NCBI GenBank assembly: GCA_964535955.1
Contig: CAZHVK010000010.1
Coordinates: 1 to 43,724, forward strand
Direction: 5' to 3'
Length of the DNA stretch: 43,724 nt
Origin: an uncultured Methanosarcinales archaeon
GTDB taxonomy: Archaea; Nanobdellota; Nanobdellia; Woesearchaeales; CAXGTL01
Part shown: in pieces, positions 18,123-27,540 of the stretch
How the letters are laid out: the number at the start of each line of letters is the position of its first letter
How positions within the stretch are numbered: the stretch's first letter is position 1
Notes under the pieces: generated by a model
The model's input: only the letters and a program-made list of their open reading frames with translations
What the model was told of the DNA's origin: nothing
Database searches by the model: none
Program-made: the position numbers and the translations under genes

Positions 18123-21100
18123 AGAGATTGAACAAAGCATTAGAACACATTTGCCTAGTTTTGATTTTAATAGGTTTAATCAAGTAATTGATTATTATGA
18201 AGATAAGAATGATATTGCTGATAGAATAGATGCAGTGGTTCGTACAACAAAAGATGATGAAATTACTAAAGAATTCATGGATATATTAGAGAAGTATAAA
18301 GATAATAATGCAAACAAGATCACCCTAGATGTATTATGCTATTTTCTTAACACAAAAGATAATTCATTAAACAATCAGTTGCTTGAATTGTTAAAAGAAT
18401 TTGATGATGGAAACAAAGTACAGATCATAGCTGATGCTGCTTATGATTTTTCAAAAGGTACAAGAAATAAAGAACTTTTCAATGAATATTTTAATCTTGT
18501 TAGGAAACATGGAAAAGATATAAAGATGTTAAACTTAATAGCACAAGGGATAGCAGACATTGCAAGAGATAAAAAAGATAATAAAGCCATCAAAAAAATA
18601 CTAGAGATATATAATTCTAAAGCTCTTAATGATGTTTGTGATTATTATGAAAATAAGATTTATGATGATTATGACAAGGATTATTATTATAGATATATAG
18701 CTAAATTTATAGGAGAAATATTTTATCATACAAGGTCTTCTGAGATGATTGATGATGTGTTTGATATTTTAAAAATCTACAAGGATATGCACCCTGTTGT
18801 TGGGGTTGTCATGGCAGAAACAATTAAAGATGCTGTTCAGAAAAAAAGGACAAGAAAAACAATAAAAAAGATCATAGATATGTATAAGTCTGATAGGATT
18901 ATTGACTTTTTTCAAAATCAAAACACAGATGAAAAAATAAATCCTTTAGGGTATATAACAGGAGCATTGGGAGAAATATATGAGATTACAAAAGATGAAT
19001 CTCTTGTTATTGGTTTTATGGAGTTCTTAGAAAAGATAGAAAACAAGCTATTAATAGGCCCAATATGTAGAGGTATTACATTAGCAGGTAAAAAAACCAA
19101 TAACAAAAATATAATCAAAGAGATGTTTAGTTTATATAAATGTCTTAAAGAAGAGCCTAAATGTATGAGCATTAGTCTTGGACTTGAAAATGTGTTTGGT
19201 TCTTTTAAGGATGGTGATAAGGATGCTGCAAACATCATAAAAAAATGTATAAAAATAATAAATAAATATAAAGAAAAACCACAAATACTGAATGTGATTT
19301 CTGATCAAATAGCAGGAAGTCTTAGTTTATATAAAAGCAGATTATTAAATTTTATTGATCTTTATAGTGATGATAAAAGAATTCTTAGTTGGGAAAAATG
19401 TTTTGATATGCAAACACTAAGTGAAATCAATGATGTAATTATTGAAAGAGGAAATGATGAAAATAATGTTCTTCTTAAAGAATTATATGGTTTGGTCGAG
19501 TTTTATAAAGATCAAAAAACAATATTAAATGAAATGATTAATCAATTTAAAAAAAGGATAATTGACCAGCTTCAAAAAAAATCCAGTGAAAAAGACAAAT
19601 CAATCGAAAGATTAATCAAGATATACAAATCAAAACAATTAAGAAATCTAATAAATAGATATCAAGAAGTAGAAGGATTTAATAAATACAATTATGAATT
19701 AGAACTCTTAGTGCAAAGTTTTGGAGACCTGACTTCAATAATTTCAGATGAGGATTCTTTTGAAAAGATTTTTGATTTATTTAAGAGTAATCATAAAAAT
19801 ATCACAACAATAAAAAAAATCAATAACAGTATAGAGTCTTTCAATAGAAAATATAAAGATGAAAAATTTACAAAGGGCTTAATAGAATTATTTTATGATT
19901 ATAAAGAAGATTTAAATACATTAAAAAATATAAACAATATCATTTATAATTTAACTCTTCATTATAAAGACGATAAACTAATTAAAAAAATAATAAAAGC
20001 ATTAGAAAAAGGTGATATGAATAATAAAACAATAGAGTGTTTTTCAAATTCAATAAAGCAGATTTCTAGAATAGAGAGTGATGATGATGACGATGAGAAA
20101 AGGAAAGAGAATAAGGATAAAGGTATAGAAGAAATTACTAAAAAAATGTATAAAATATACTTTTCTAAAGAATTTTTAGACCTTGTTGATAATTATGATC
20201 TTGCTGATATAAAAGTTATGATGAGTTTAATTGACGATCAAAATTCGAATGATTGGTTGGCAAACCAGGAAGAACCAATAGAGAAGGGATTTATGACAGA
20301 AAAAAGAATAAAAAGCTTGTTAATTAATTATAATTCTGAGTTTTTTAGAGATTTTATAAAAACTTTTGATGAAAAAATCAAAGAATTAATGATTACTATC
20401 ACTTATAAAAATAAAATTAGTGGAAGAATAAAATCTACTATCAACAGTTTATTAGAGATATATAAATCTGATAGATTTAGAAAGATTATTAAGGATTTTG
20501 ATTATGAAGTTGTGAGATGCGTTGCTTATCACTTAGATTCAGCCATCACCAGGAGAAAATCACTCATCAACAAATTGTTTAATGTCTCTGAATTAGACAT
20601 ATTTAGAAAATTATTAGGAAAAAGGCAAACTAAAGATATAAAAGGAAATATTGCATCATGTGTTTATGCAACTCTTTATGCATCAAACAGAGAAAAAGAT
20701 GCTTTAGAAATCATAAACTTATTAAATAAGTTTGAAAAAAAAGATGAAATTAAAAATATGAGTGATGGAATCTACCAAATGAATGTATTTTTAGAGGATA
20801 AATCCCTTACAAGAAATATTATTAATCTTGCAGATAATTTTGATAATTCTTATGCAGCACATATATTTTCAAGAGTTGGAAATATTGTTGGAAGAAGTAG
20901 TGATAAAGATATGGGTAAAAGATTATTTAGCTTATTAGATGAAAAGAAAAACACACAAGATATATGCAAAACAATTTGTTCAGAACTAAATAGTATTTTT
21001 GTAGAGTTTGAGAATTATGATGTTTCAGATATCTGTTCAACATTGGTTGAGATTTATAGAATTATAAGTCCAAAAAATTCAATGCCTAATGTTTATCAAG

Positions 21101-21513
21101 AGTTTTCAAGCTTTGTCATTGAAAACATTAATGATAAAGATAAGATAGATAAATTAGCATGTTTGGTTGGATCTGAAAGAGAATTTCTAAAAAAACAAGA
21201 TGGTAGCATACTTTATCCTTTGTGCTTAGTAATGTCTGAGATCAATAAGAAATACTTTACGACTATAAAAAATCTTGGTGAGTATGATAAATTAAATCTT
21301 ACAAGAGCTTACAAGATTGTTCAGAATTATGATGATAAAGAACCTGGTACTCTTAATACTTTTTACAAAACATTCCAGGCAGCATTAGAAACAAGACCAG
21401 AATCTGTTGGTAAATGGTTGTTAAGGATTGTAAAAGGTTATAAGAAAAAGATTGATGATGGGGTTTTAGAGACAATCTATAACATACAAGAAGCAAAAGA
21501 GCAAAGTAAATAA
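18100..21513 (+). CDS. Large helical-repeat protein, paralog 4
   Basis: ~1137 aa from ATG 18100 (SD GAGGT at 18090-18094). 63 C-terminal codons are identical to paralog 3. Confidence 0.85.
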   Translation: MPLERQIKEIEQSIRTHLPSFDFNRFNQVIDYYEDKNDIADRIDAVVRTTKDDEITKEFMDILEKYKDNNANKITLDVLCYFLNTKDNSLNNQLLELLKEFDDGNKVQIIADAAYDFSKGTRNKELFNEYFNLVRKHGKDIKMLNLIAQGIADIARDKKDNKAIKKILEIYNSKALNDVCDYYENKIYDDYDKDYYYRYIAKFIGEIFYHTRSSEMIDDVFDILKIYKDMHPVVGVVMAETIKDAVQKKRTRKTIKKIIDMYKSDRIIDFFQNQNTDEKINPLGYITGALGEIYEITKDESLVIGFMEFLEKIENKLLIGPICRGITLAGKKTNNKNIIKEMFSLYKCLKEEPKCMSISLGLENVFGSFKDGDKDAANIIKKCIKIINKYKEKPQILNVISDQIAGSLSLYKSRLLNFIDLYSDDKRILSWEKCFDMQTLSEINDVIIERGNDENNVLLKELYGLVEFYKDQKTILNEMINQFKKRIIDQLQKKSSEKDKSIERLIKIYKSKQLRNLINRYQEVEGFNKYNYELELLVQSFGDLTSIISDEDSFEKIFDLFKSNHKNITTIKKINNSIESFNRKYKDEKFTKGLIELFYDYKEDLNTLKNINNIIYNLTLHYKDDKLIKKIIKALEKGDMNNKTIECFSNSIKQISRIESDDDDDEKRKENKDKGIEEITKKMYKIYFSKEFLDLVDNYDLADIKVMMSLIDDQNSNDWLANQEEPIEKGFMTEKRIKSLLINYNSEFFRDFIKTFDEKIKELMITITYKNKISGRIKSTINSLLEIYKSDRFRKIIKDFDYEVVRCVAYHLDSAITRRKSLINKLFNVSELDIFRKLLGKRQTKDIKGNIASCVYATLYASNREKDALEIINLLNKFEKKDEIKNMSDGIYQMNVFLEDKSLTRNIINLADNFDNSYAAHIFSRVGNIVGRSSDKDMGKRLFSLLDEKKNTQDICKTICSELNSIFVEFENYDVSDICSTLVEIYRIISPKNSMPNVYQEFSSFVIENINDKDKIDKLACLVGSEREFLKKQDGSILYPLCLVMSEINKKYFTTIKNLGEYDKLNLTRAYKIVQNYDDKEPGTLNTFYKTFQAALETRPESVGKWLLRIVKGYKKKIDDGVLETIYNIQEAKEQSK
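21279..21467 (+). repeat. 189-bp exact direct repeat, copy 2 (3' end of paralog 4)
   Basis: Identical to 17897-18085; offset 3382 bp. Confidence 0.95.
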
Positions 21514-21544
21514 TCAAAACAAAAACCTAAAAATATTACGGATA

Positions 21545-21772
21545 TTAAGTGGATTCTAGATCAGGTAATTGTTTTTTTGTCAAATTTCTTGCGTTATTTG
21601 TGCAGTAAAATACTTTTCCAAATTCTATTTTAGCTACTTTATATATCTCTAATTCTTTTTGCACATTGTCTACAGAAAGTCCATGTAGTCTTATGTTTTT
21701 ATGTAAAGACTCTAGTTGATCTATTTTATGTTGTATTAATCCTTCTATTTTGTTTATTGTGGTTTTTTCCAT
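21545..21772 (-). CDS. Small hypothetical protein
   Basis: 75 aa from ATG 21772 (MEKTT) with SD GAGGTG upstream. Confidence 0.6.
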   Translation of the reverse strand: MEKTTINKIEGLIQHKIDQLESLHKNIRLHGLSVDNVQKELEIYKVAKIEFGKVFYCTNNARNLTKKQLPDLEST

Positions 21773-21828
21773 TTTAGGACACCTCACAAATAGAGTATCT
21801 TATGGTGGTAAGAAAAATATATAAACTA

Positions 21829-21852
21829 TTGTTGTAGAATCTTCTACAACAA
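21829..21852. promoter_or_regulatory. Perfect inverted repeat (putative operator) between the TATA box and start of the TrmB gene
   Basis: TTGTTGTAGAA-TC-TTCTACAACAA; TATATAAA at 21818-21825. Confidence 0.7.
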
Positions 21853-22586
21853 TGAGTGAATACGAACTAAGGGTGATTTTAGAGAGATTTGGCTTAAGCA
21901 CAAATGAATCAAAAGTCTATTTAACACTATTAGAACTAGGAAATGCAATGGCTGGTAAAATAGCAAAACAAGCAATGATAGATAGAACATCATGTTATGA
22001 TGCATTAAAAAGATTATTGCAAAAAGGTCTTGTTGTTTATGTTATTGAAGCAAATAGAAAAATGTTTAAATCAGTGAATCCTAAAAGATTGCTTAGTATT
22101 TTAAAAGATAAACAAGAAGAAATTATGGAAATCATGCCTCAGCTTTCTTTAAAATATGAAAAAGAAAAAGAAGATTGTAATGTTACATTATATAGAGGGT
22201 CAAAAGGTGTAAAATCTGTTTTTGAAGATATTCTTAAAAATGCAAAAGGAAAACAAAATGATGTTATTGATTCAAGCGGAGCTTTTGTAAAAAGAATGCC
22301 TTATTTTTCAGAACATTTTATAAGAGGAGTTGAAAAAAATCAAATCAAAATAAGACACATCGTCAGAAAGGATGTAGATATTCATCCAAGTAAGACGACA
22401 AAAGTAAAATTTTTCTCTGAAAAAACAAAAGAAACAACTGTTACAACAAATATTTATGGTGATAAGATTGCAATAATCATATGGGCGACTATTCCTGAAG
22501 CAATAATCATTGAAAATAAAGGTGCTGCTGAAGCTTATAAAGATTATTTTGAGATTTTGTGGAATTCTGTTGATAAAGGAAGATGA
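21852..22586 (+). CDS. TrmB-family transcriptional regulator
   Basis: GLSTNESKVYLTLLELG...IAKQAMIDRTSCYDALKRLLQKGLV, YRGSKGVKSVFEDIL, IYGDKIAII and YFEILW. Confidence 0.92.
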   Translation: MSEYELRVILERFGLSTNESKVYLTLLELGNAMAGKIAKQAMIDRTSCYDALKRLLQKGLVVYVIEANRKMFKSVNPKRLLSILKDKQEEIMEIMPQLSLKYEKEKEDCNVTLYRGSKGVKSVFEDILKNAKGKQNDVIDSSGAFVKRMPYFSEHFIRGVEKNQIKIRHIVRKDVDIHPSKTTKVKFFSEKTKETTVTTNIYGDKIAIIIWATIPEAIIIENKGAAEAYKDYFEILWNSVDKGR

Positions 22587-22652
22587 AAAACCTAAAAACT
22601 TATATATTCCTATTCTATTTTACTTAATTATCATTAAATGAGGTGAATAGAT

Positions 22653-23360
22653 ATGATGATTAAGCTTGATAAAAAACCAAAAGGAGTAACAATTATAGAG
22701 GGATTTCCAGGATTTGGATTGGTAGGAACAATTGCAACAGAATTCTTGATAGATCACCTAAAAACAGAATTCATAGGTAATATATGGTTAGAAGATTTGC
22801 CACCGATTGCGACAATACATCAGAGCAAGATAATCGAACCATTAGGTATTCATTATAATAAGAAATATAATATTGTATTGATACATGGGATTACAGCTGC
22901 AAAAAGAATGGAATGGAAGATTGCTGAGGCAATTTCAAAAATTGCCAAGATGTTGAATGCAAAGATGGTGATTAGTTTAGAAGGAATTGGTGCTCCTGGT
23001 ATGAAAACAAGTAATCTTTATTATTATTCAACAGATCCAAAGCTTAAGAAAGCTATGAATAAAAATGGTTTAAAACTGTTAAAAGAAGGGATTATCGTCG
23101 GTGTGACAGGTGCTTTATTATTAAAAAGAACCAAATTACCAATGTCATGTATATTTGCAGAAACTGCTTCAAATCTGCCTGATTCTCGTGCTGCTGCTAA
23201 AGTGATTACAGCTTTGGATAAGATATTTGGGTTTAAGATTGATACAAAACCTTTGATGAAGCAAGCAAAACAGTTTGAAGAAAAATTAAAGACTTTGTTA
23301 AAAGGTGCACAAGCTGCTCAGAAACAAGTTGATAAGAAACAGTTAGATTATTTTGGTTGA
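22653..23360 (+). CDS. PAC2-family proteasome assembly chaperone
   Basis: IIEGFPGFGLVGTIATEFL, GIIVGVTGALL, PDSRAAA and a C-terminal HbYX-like tail. SD GAGGTGA. Confidence 0.92.
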   Translation: MMIKLDKKPKGVTIIEGFPGFGLVGTIATEFLIDHLKTEFIGNIWLEDLPPIATIHQSKIIEPLGIHYNKKYNIVLIHGITAAKRMEWKIAEAISKIAKMLNAKMVISLEGIGAPGMKTSNLYYYSTDPKLKKAMNKNGLKLLKEGIIVGVTGALLLKRTKLPMSCIFAETASNLPDSRAAAKVITALDKIFGFKIDTKPLMKQAKQFEEKLKTLLKGAQAAQKQVDKKQLDYFG

Positions 23361-24618
23361 TTTATCGACGAGGAATTAGGTTTTTGTGTTTGATTTTTTT
23401 TCTTTGTTTTTTTAATTTATTTTTTTATTGTTTTGTTTTAGTTTCTTTTAATGTTTGTAATAATTTTTCTTGAAAATAGATTCTGTTTTTCTTATACTTG
23501 GAATGCAGAAAAAACATGTCAGAATTGCATTTTTTGTGTCTATTTATTTGGTTTATTTAAAAATCACTTTGTCGACGATAAAAGAGGCTTCTAGTATAGG
23601 GAAAAGTATACTGATTTTATAGTGCCTAACTCCAAGTCTCACTTTTTGTTGTTTTGTGTCACTTTTGTTTGTTGTTCATACTGGTTTATGCTTACTTTTG
23701 TATGAATTTTGATATTTGTATGTAATTTGTATATCCACTGTATATGGTTCTATGTAATGAAGCTCATCTACTATACAAATCACTCACTTTTGATTAACTT
23801 GTATAGTGTGAATATTTATTTTCATATTGGGCTTTGATAGAGTCAGGATAAGGCTTTTTTTTGATATTTTATGTATAAAAGGAGTTAATTTTAGACTTGT
23901 TTTTAGATCTAAAACCTAGGGTTTTTATGCTTGTTCTGAGGTTTATTTGAAAACCAAATATGAGAAGTACAAGGCTTAATCTCGAAGAATTCTTAAGAAT
24001 TAGCTTATTTCCACCTAGATTTTTCATATAGGAAAGTGAGACTTTATGTATGGCTATTTTTGATGATTTTTTTGCTATTTTTTGCATGTTTTTTTGCTTA
24101 TTTTTTGTTTATTTTTGATCCAGGTGTTGTGTGTGTTTGAATATGTTTTTAATGCATTTTATATTGGTTTTTGCTGTTACTATATATTAAACTCACTTTG
24201 TATCCTTAAGATCCTTTTTTTCAATATTGTAAATTATATAGTCTAATGATTATTTTGGAATTATTATGTTGTGATGATTATTTTGAAGTATAGAATATAA
24301 GTTTTTAGCTTTGCTAAATTGTTTTATGTTTTGATAAAAAGTTTTGATTATTCCTTTTTTTCTTAGTGATTAAAAGTTATAGTTTTTGATTAATAATTCC
24401 AATCGTGCATTTTCTTGATTTTGATTATAAATTGTAGTTATTAACTACTAATTTTAATCTTGTTGATTCTTGTTTTGATTGAATATTGCCATTATTATTT
24501 GTAAGTTTTAATCAATTTTTTGTTAATTTTTTAGTGTTTTTTGATTGTTTTTTGAGACATTTTTGTCAGTTTCTGATTGATTTTTTGGATGTTTTTTTCC
24601 TGATTTTCAGGTTGTTTT

Positions 24619-25557
24619 TTAATCATTTTCTAGGTTAAATGGTTGGTGTTTTTTAAGGTCTTCGCGAGCCATTTTATTAGATATTTCCATATAAATAAGG
24701 GTTGTCTGCAAAGACTTATGACCAAGCTGTTTGTTGATTGTCACAATGTTGACACCAGAATCAAGTGCATGAACAGCAAAAGTATGACGCAAAGTATGAG
24801 GGCTAATTCTTGAGATTTCTTGAAGTCCAGCAAGGACTGCATATTTTTTGATCATTTTTTGGATGCCACGAGGTGTGAATTTTTTGTTCCAATTGCTAGA
24901 AAATAAAGGACCTTTTTTTCTGGTTCCAATGTAAGCTTTGAGTGCCAAAATCAAGTCATCATCAACAATATTTACAATTCTATCTTTTCCACCTTTGCCT
25001 TGTACTACTTTGATAGTGTTGTTCTCAAAGTTCAAATGCTTGATTTCAAGGGATACAAGCTCTGAGATCCTCAATCCTGTATTGTAGAGAAATAGGATTA
25101 AGATCTTGTCTCTGTAGTTTTTTATGACTGAAATAAGGTTTTTCATCTCTTGCTTTGTAAGGTATTTGGGTAGTTTGTGCCTGTATTTTTTGTAGTGCTT
25201 TTTTGGTTGTTTTTGTATAGAATTTTGAGTGCCTTTAGTTGGTAGGCTAGGGTGGGTGGTGGGGGATTTTGGATGGTGGGCAGAGGCCTTCTGATGACTG
25301 GATTCTTGAGTTTTAGAGGGTTTGGTGGGTTTTGGAGGATTTGGATTTTGATGTTGTTTTTGTATAGGTTTTTGTTGATTTAGAAGTGTTGTTTTAGGGT
25401 GGGAGGGTGGGTTGTTAGAAGTAGATTTTGGTTGGATTTTGTGTGTGTTTTTGGTATCAAGATTTGGTTGGTGGTCTGATTGTGGATGATGGGATTCTTG
25501 ATTATGTTGTTGCTTGATTTTCTTGATTTTCTTGATTTTAGGATGATCTTTTTTCAT
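24619..25557 (-). CDS. Xer-like tyrosine recombinase: catalytic domain plus a low-complexity N-terminus
   Basis: LPKYLT, TGLRISEL (R), GKGGKDR (K), HTLRH, LGH and TTLIY (Y). The first ~120 aa are K/Q/P/H/S/T-rich. Start ATG 25557 (SD AAGGTG) or GTG 25569. Confidence 0.9.
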   Translation of the reverse strand: MKKDHPKIKKIKKIKQQHNQESHHPQSDHQPNLDTKNTHKIQPKSTSNNPPSHPKTTLLNQQKPIQKQHQNPNPPKPTKPSKTQESSHQKASAHHPKSPTTHPSLPTKGTQNSIQKQPKKHYKKYRHKLPKYLTKQEMKNLISVIKNYRDKILILFLYNTGLRISELVSLEIKHLNFENNTIKVVQGKGGKDRIVNIVDDDLILALKAYIGTRKKGPLFSSNWNKKFTPRGIQKMIKKYAVLAGLQEISRISPHTLRHTFAVHALDSGVNIVTINKQLGHKSLQTTLIYMEISNKMAREDLKKHQPFNLEND

Positions 25558-25672
25558 TGATTTTGGCACCTTTGCTTTGCTTAAAATTTTTAGGCATTAT
25601 ATCCTGTGAAATACATGAAAAAGTTCGTTTTTTCATGAGTTGATTAAATTCTTTAGTCAGTATTTAAAGGAA

Positions 25673-25700
25673 AGTTCTCATAATGTTAAAAATACGAACT
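25673..25700. other. Candidate dif-like recombination site (11-6-11)
   Basis: AGTTCTCATAA-TGTTAA-AAATACGAACT, ~115 bp upstream of the recombinase gene. The left arm is XerC-box-like; the right arm is an imperfect inverse. Confidence 0.35.
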
Positions 25701-26117
25701 TATATTTAAATTTTTTTATTTTCATATTTGATTGTGTTTTGGCTTGTTTTTTAGGAAATAGAAGGGCTAAAATTAGGCTGTTTTTTGGCATTTTTTTGAT
25801 TTATTCTGGCTTGGGAAATGATGTTGAAAATTTTGTAATTTTGATATGTAAATGGGATTTTCATACTGATTTGAGATAAAAGATGATGTGGTTTTTGGTA
25901 ATGTTTTTTAATGCTTTTTTTGATGTTTTTTTGAATATCTCGTCGAGAAACCAGGATTTATTTTCATACATGATCTGGTGTGATTTTTGTGTGTTTGTAA
26001 TTATTTTCATACACCCCAAGTAATTTTCAATGTATTTTTTGATTTGGATTTTCCCTAAAAATTTCTAGAATTATTTTCATACTTAACCTAATTTTGGATA
26101 AAACTTTTAATCAATAC

Positions 26118-26648
26118 TTAGAAGTTTGAGATCTGTTTTTGTTGGATCTTTACAAGGTTTTGTTTTGTTTGAAGTTCTTTGAATTTTTCTTCTAAAGCTA
26201 TCAATGGATTTCCATTTTTGTAAGTCTTTACTACTGGAATTCCTTTCTCAATAAGATTTGTTATGTAGCTTCTAACCAATGGTTCTGAAAGACCTATTTT
26301 CTCTGAGATCTCAAAGTATGAAATAGGTGAATTTGAGGTGTAGAGAGCCATAAAAGCCATTTTTTCATTAACTGACAATGGCTGAATTTCAATTTTTTCT
26401 TGCTCTATCTGTTTGAAAGATTCTTTATCATCTAAAAAAACCTCAACATTATCTAATCTTAATTTTAGTTTTTCTATTTTCTGATCCATTTCACGGATAT
26501 ATTCATAGTTAGCCTGGATTTCATTAGTATTTTCATTAATAGAGTCCAAATGACCATTTAATTCTTGTTTTAACCTGGAAATAAGCCTTTTAATTGCTTG
26601 TTTAAAACCATATTTTTCATTATTTAGTTTTTCTTGTTTCTCAGACAT
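26118..26648 (-). CDS. Coiled-coil plus C-terminal winged-helix DNA-binding protein
   Basis: Heptad-like region (HLDSINENTNEIQANYEYIREMDQKIEKLKLRLDNVE), then LSVNEKMAFMALY...ISYFEISEKIGLSEPLVRSYITNLIEKGIPV. ATG 26648 with TTTATAAA 25 bp upstream. Confidence 0.85.
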   Translation of the reverse strand: MSEKQEKLNNEKYGFKQAIKRLISRLKQELNGHLDSINENTNEIQANYEYIREMDQKIEKLKLRLDNVEVFLDDKESFKQIEQEKIEIQPLSVNEKMAFMALYTSNSPISYFEISEKIGLSEPLVRSYITNLIEKGIPVVKTYKNGNPLIALEEKFKELQTKQNLVKIQQKQISNF

Positions 26649-26745
26649 CTGCAAAATTAGGTAAGAAGGATGTTTATAAACTTATTTATTTTCATATATG
26701 GTTTAGTTAATTTTATACATGATTTAGTTAACTTTATACATGATT

Positions 26746-27489
26746 TTATACATGAGAAAGTTGTTTTGCAATGTATTTTTTTTCTTTTCCTTGAATTATA
26801 ACGTCGATAAAATCTTGTTTTTCAGCTTCTCTAAGCACTCTGTAGAATGTACTTTTTGAACACAAACCTTGTTCATCGACGATAATTTGCTTAAGTTGAG
26901 TACCAGATATGGATTCATACTTGGTGATGAGATTTAAAATCAGCTTTTTCACATACTCTTTTGAGTTTCTGGTGATAGATGTGTAGAGTTTGTCTTTAAC
27001 TGTCTTTTTAGGAGCTGATTTTGGCTGATTCTCGAGAATTTGAAGCCTAGAGCTCACCTCATGCAATTTGTTGATCACAGGTTTTGTGTGTGGTTTTTGG
27101 TTTAGTAAAGCTAATTCTATCTCTTGCAAACGCATTAAAATTGGACTATGATCATGGTCCATCATACTCATTTTATCGTGTAAATTTCTCACTTTTTGAA
27201 GCAAAAGATTATGTTTATTTTGTTGATTATTTGGTTGGTTCTGTATGTTCTGGATCTGGTTGTGCAGGTATGGTAAATAGGATAAATGCTGTTCTATCTG
27301 TCTTAATCTTTGCTCTGTTTCAAGAAACCTTTTGTCATGTTCGTCATGTTTTTTGTGGAAAAAAGATAACCACTCGACGACGTTTTGAACATCCTGCCTA
27401 ACATGATTGAAAGATGTCGTCAGAAAACTATTAATTTTTGTTAAACTTTTTTCTTGATTTTCCTTTTTATTTTTTTTGAAAAATAGCAT
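26746..27489 (-). CDS. Coiled-coil plus C-terminal winged-helix protein
   Basis: ATG 27489 (MLFFKK) with TATA ~25 bp upstream. C-terminal ILNLITKYESISGTQLKQIIVDEQGLCSKSTFYRVLREAEK is wHTH-like. Confidence 0.8.
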   Translation of the reverse strand: MLFFKKNKKENQEKSLTKINSFLTTSFNHVRQDVQNVVEWLSFFHKKHDEHDKRFLETEQRLRQIEQHLSYLPYLHNQIQNIQNQPNNQQNKHNLLLQKVRNLHDKMSMMDHDHSPILMRLQEIELALLNQKPHTKPVINKLHEVSSRLQILENQPKSAPKKTVKDKLYTSITRNSKEYVKKLILNLITKYESISGTQLKQIIVDEQGLCSKSTFYRVLREAEKQDFIDVIIQGKEKKYIAKQLSHV

Positions 27490-27540
27490 ATTATTTGTTA
27501 TAAAGTGGTGCTTATTAATAAATCTTTGGGTGATTTTAGG

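Noticed and set aside
17897..21467. Diversity-generating retroelement template/variable repeat pair
   Set aside because: The copies are fully identical with no adenine-specific mismatches, both are coding, and no reverse transcriptase is visible.
23624..23630. Integron attC site (GCCTAAC matches RYYYAAC; also at 31187-31193)
   Set aside because: No complementary GTTAGGC box forming an attC hairpin was seen downstream, and the recombinase lacks the IntI-specific insertion.
23869..24087. 72-aa ORF in the long intergenic tract (likewise 25640-25879)
   Set aside because: Compositionally biased, with no recognisable motif or SD site; probably a by-product of the T-rich strand.
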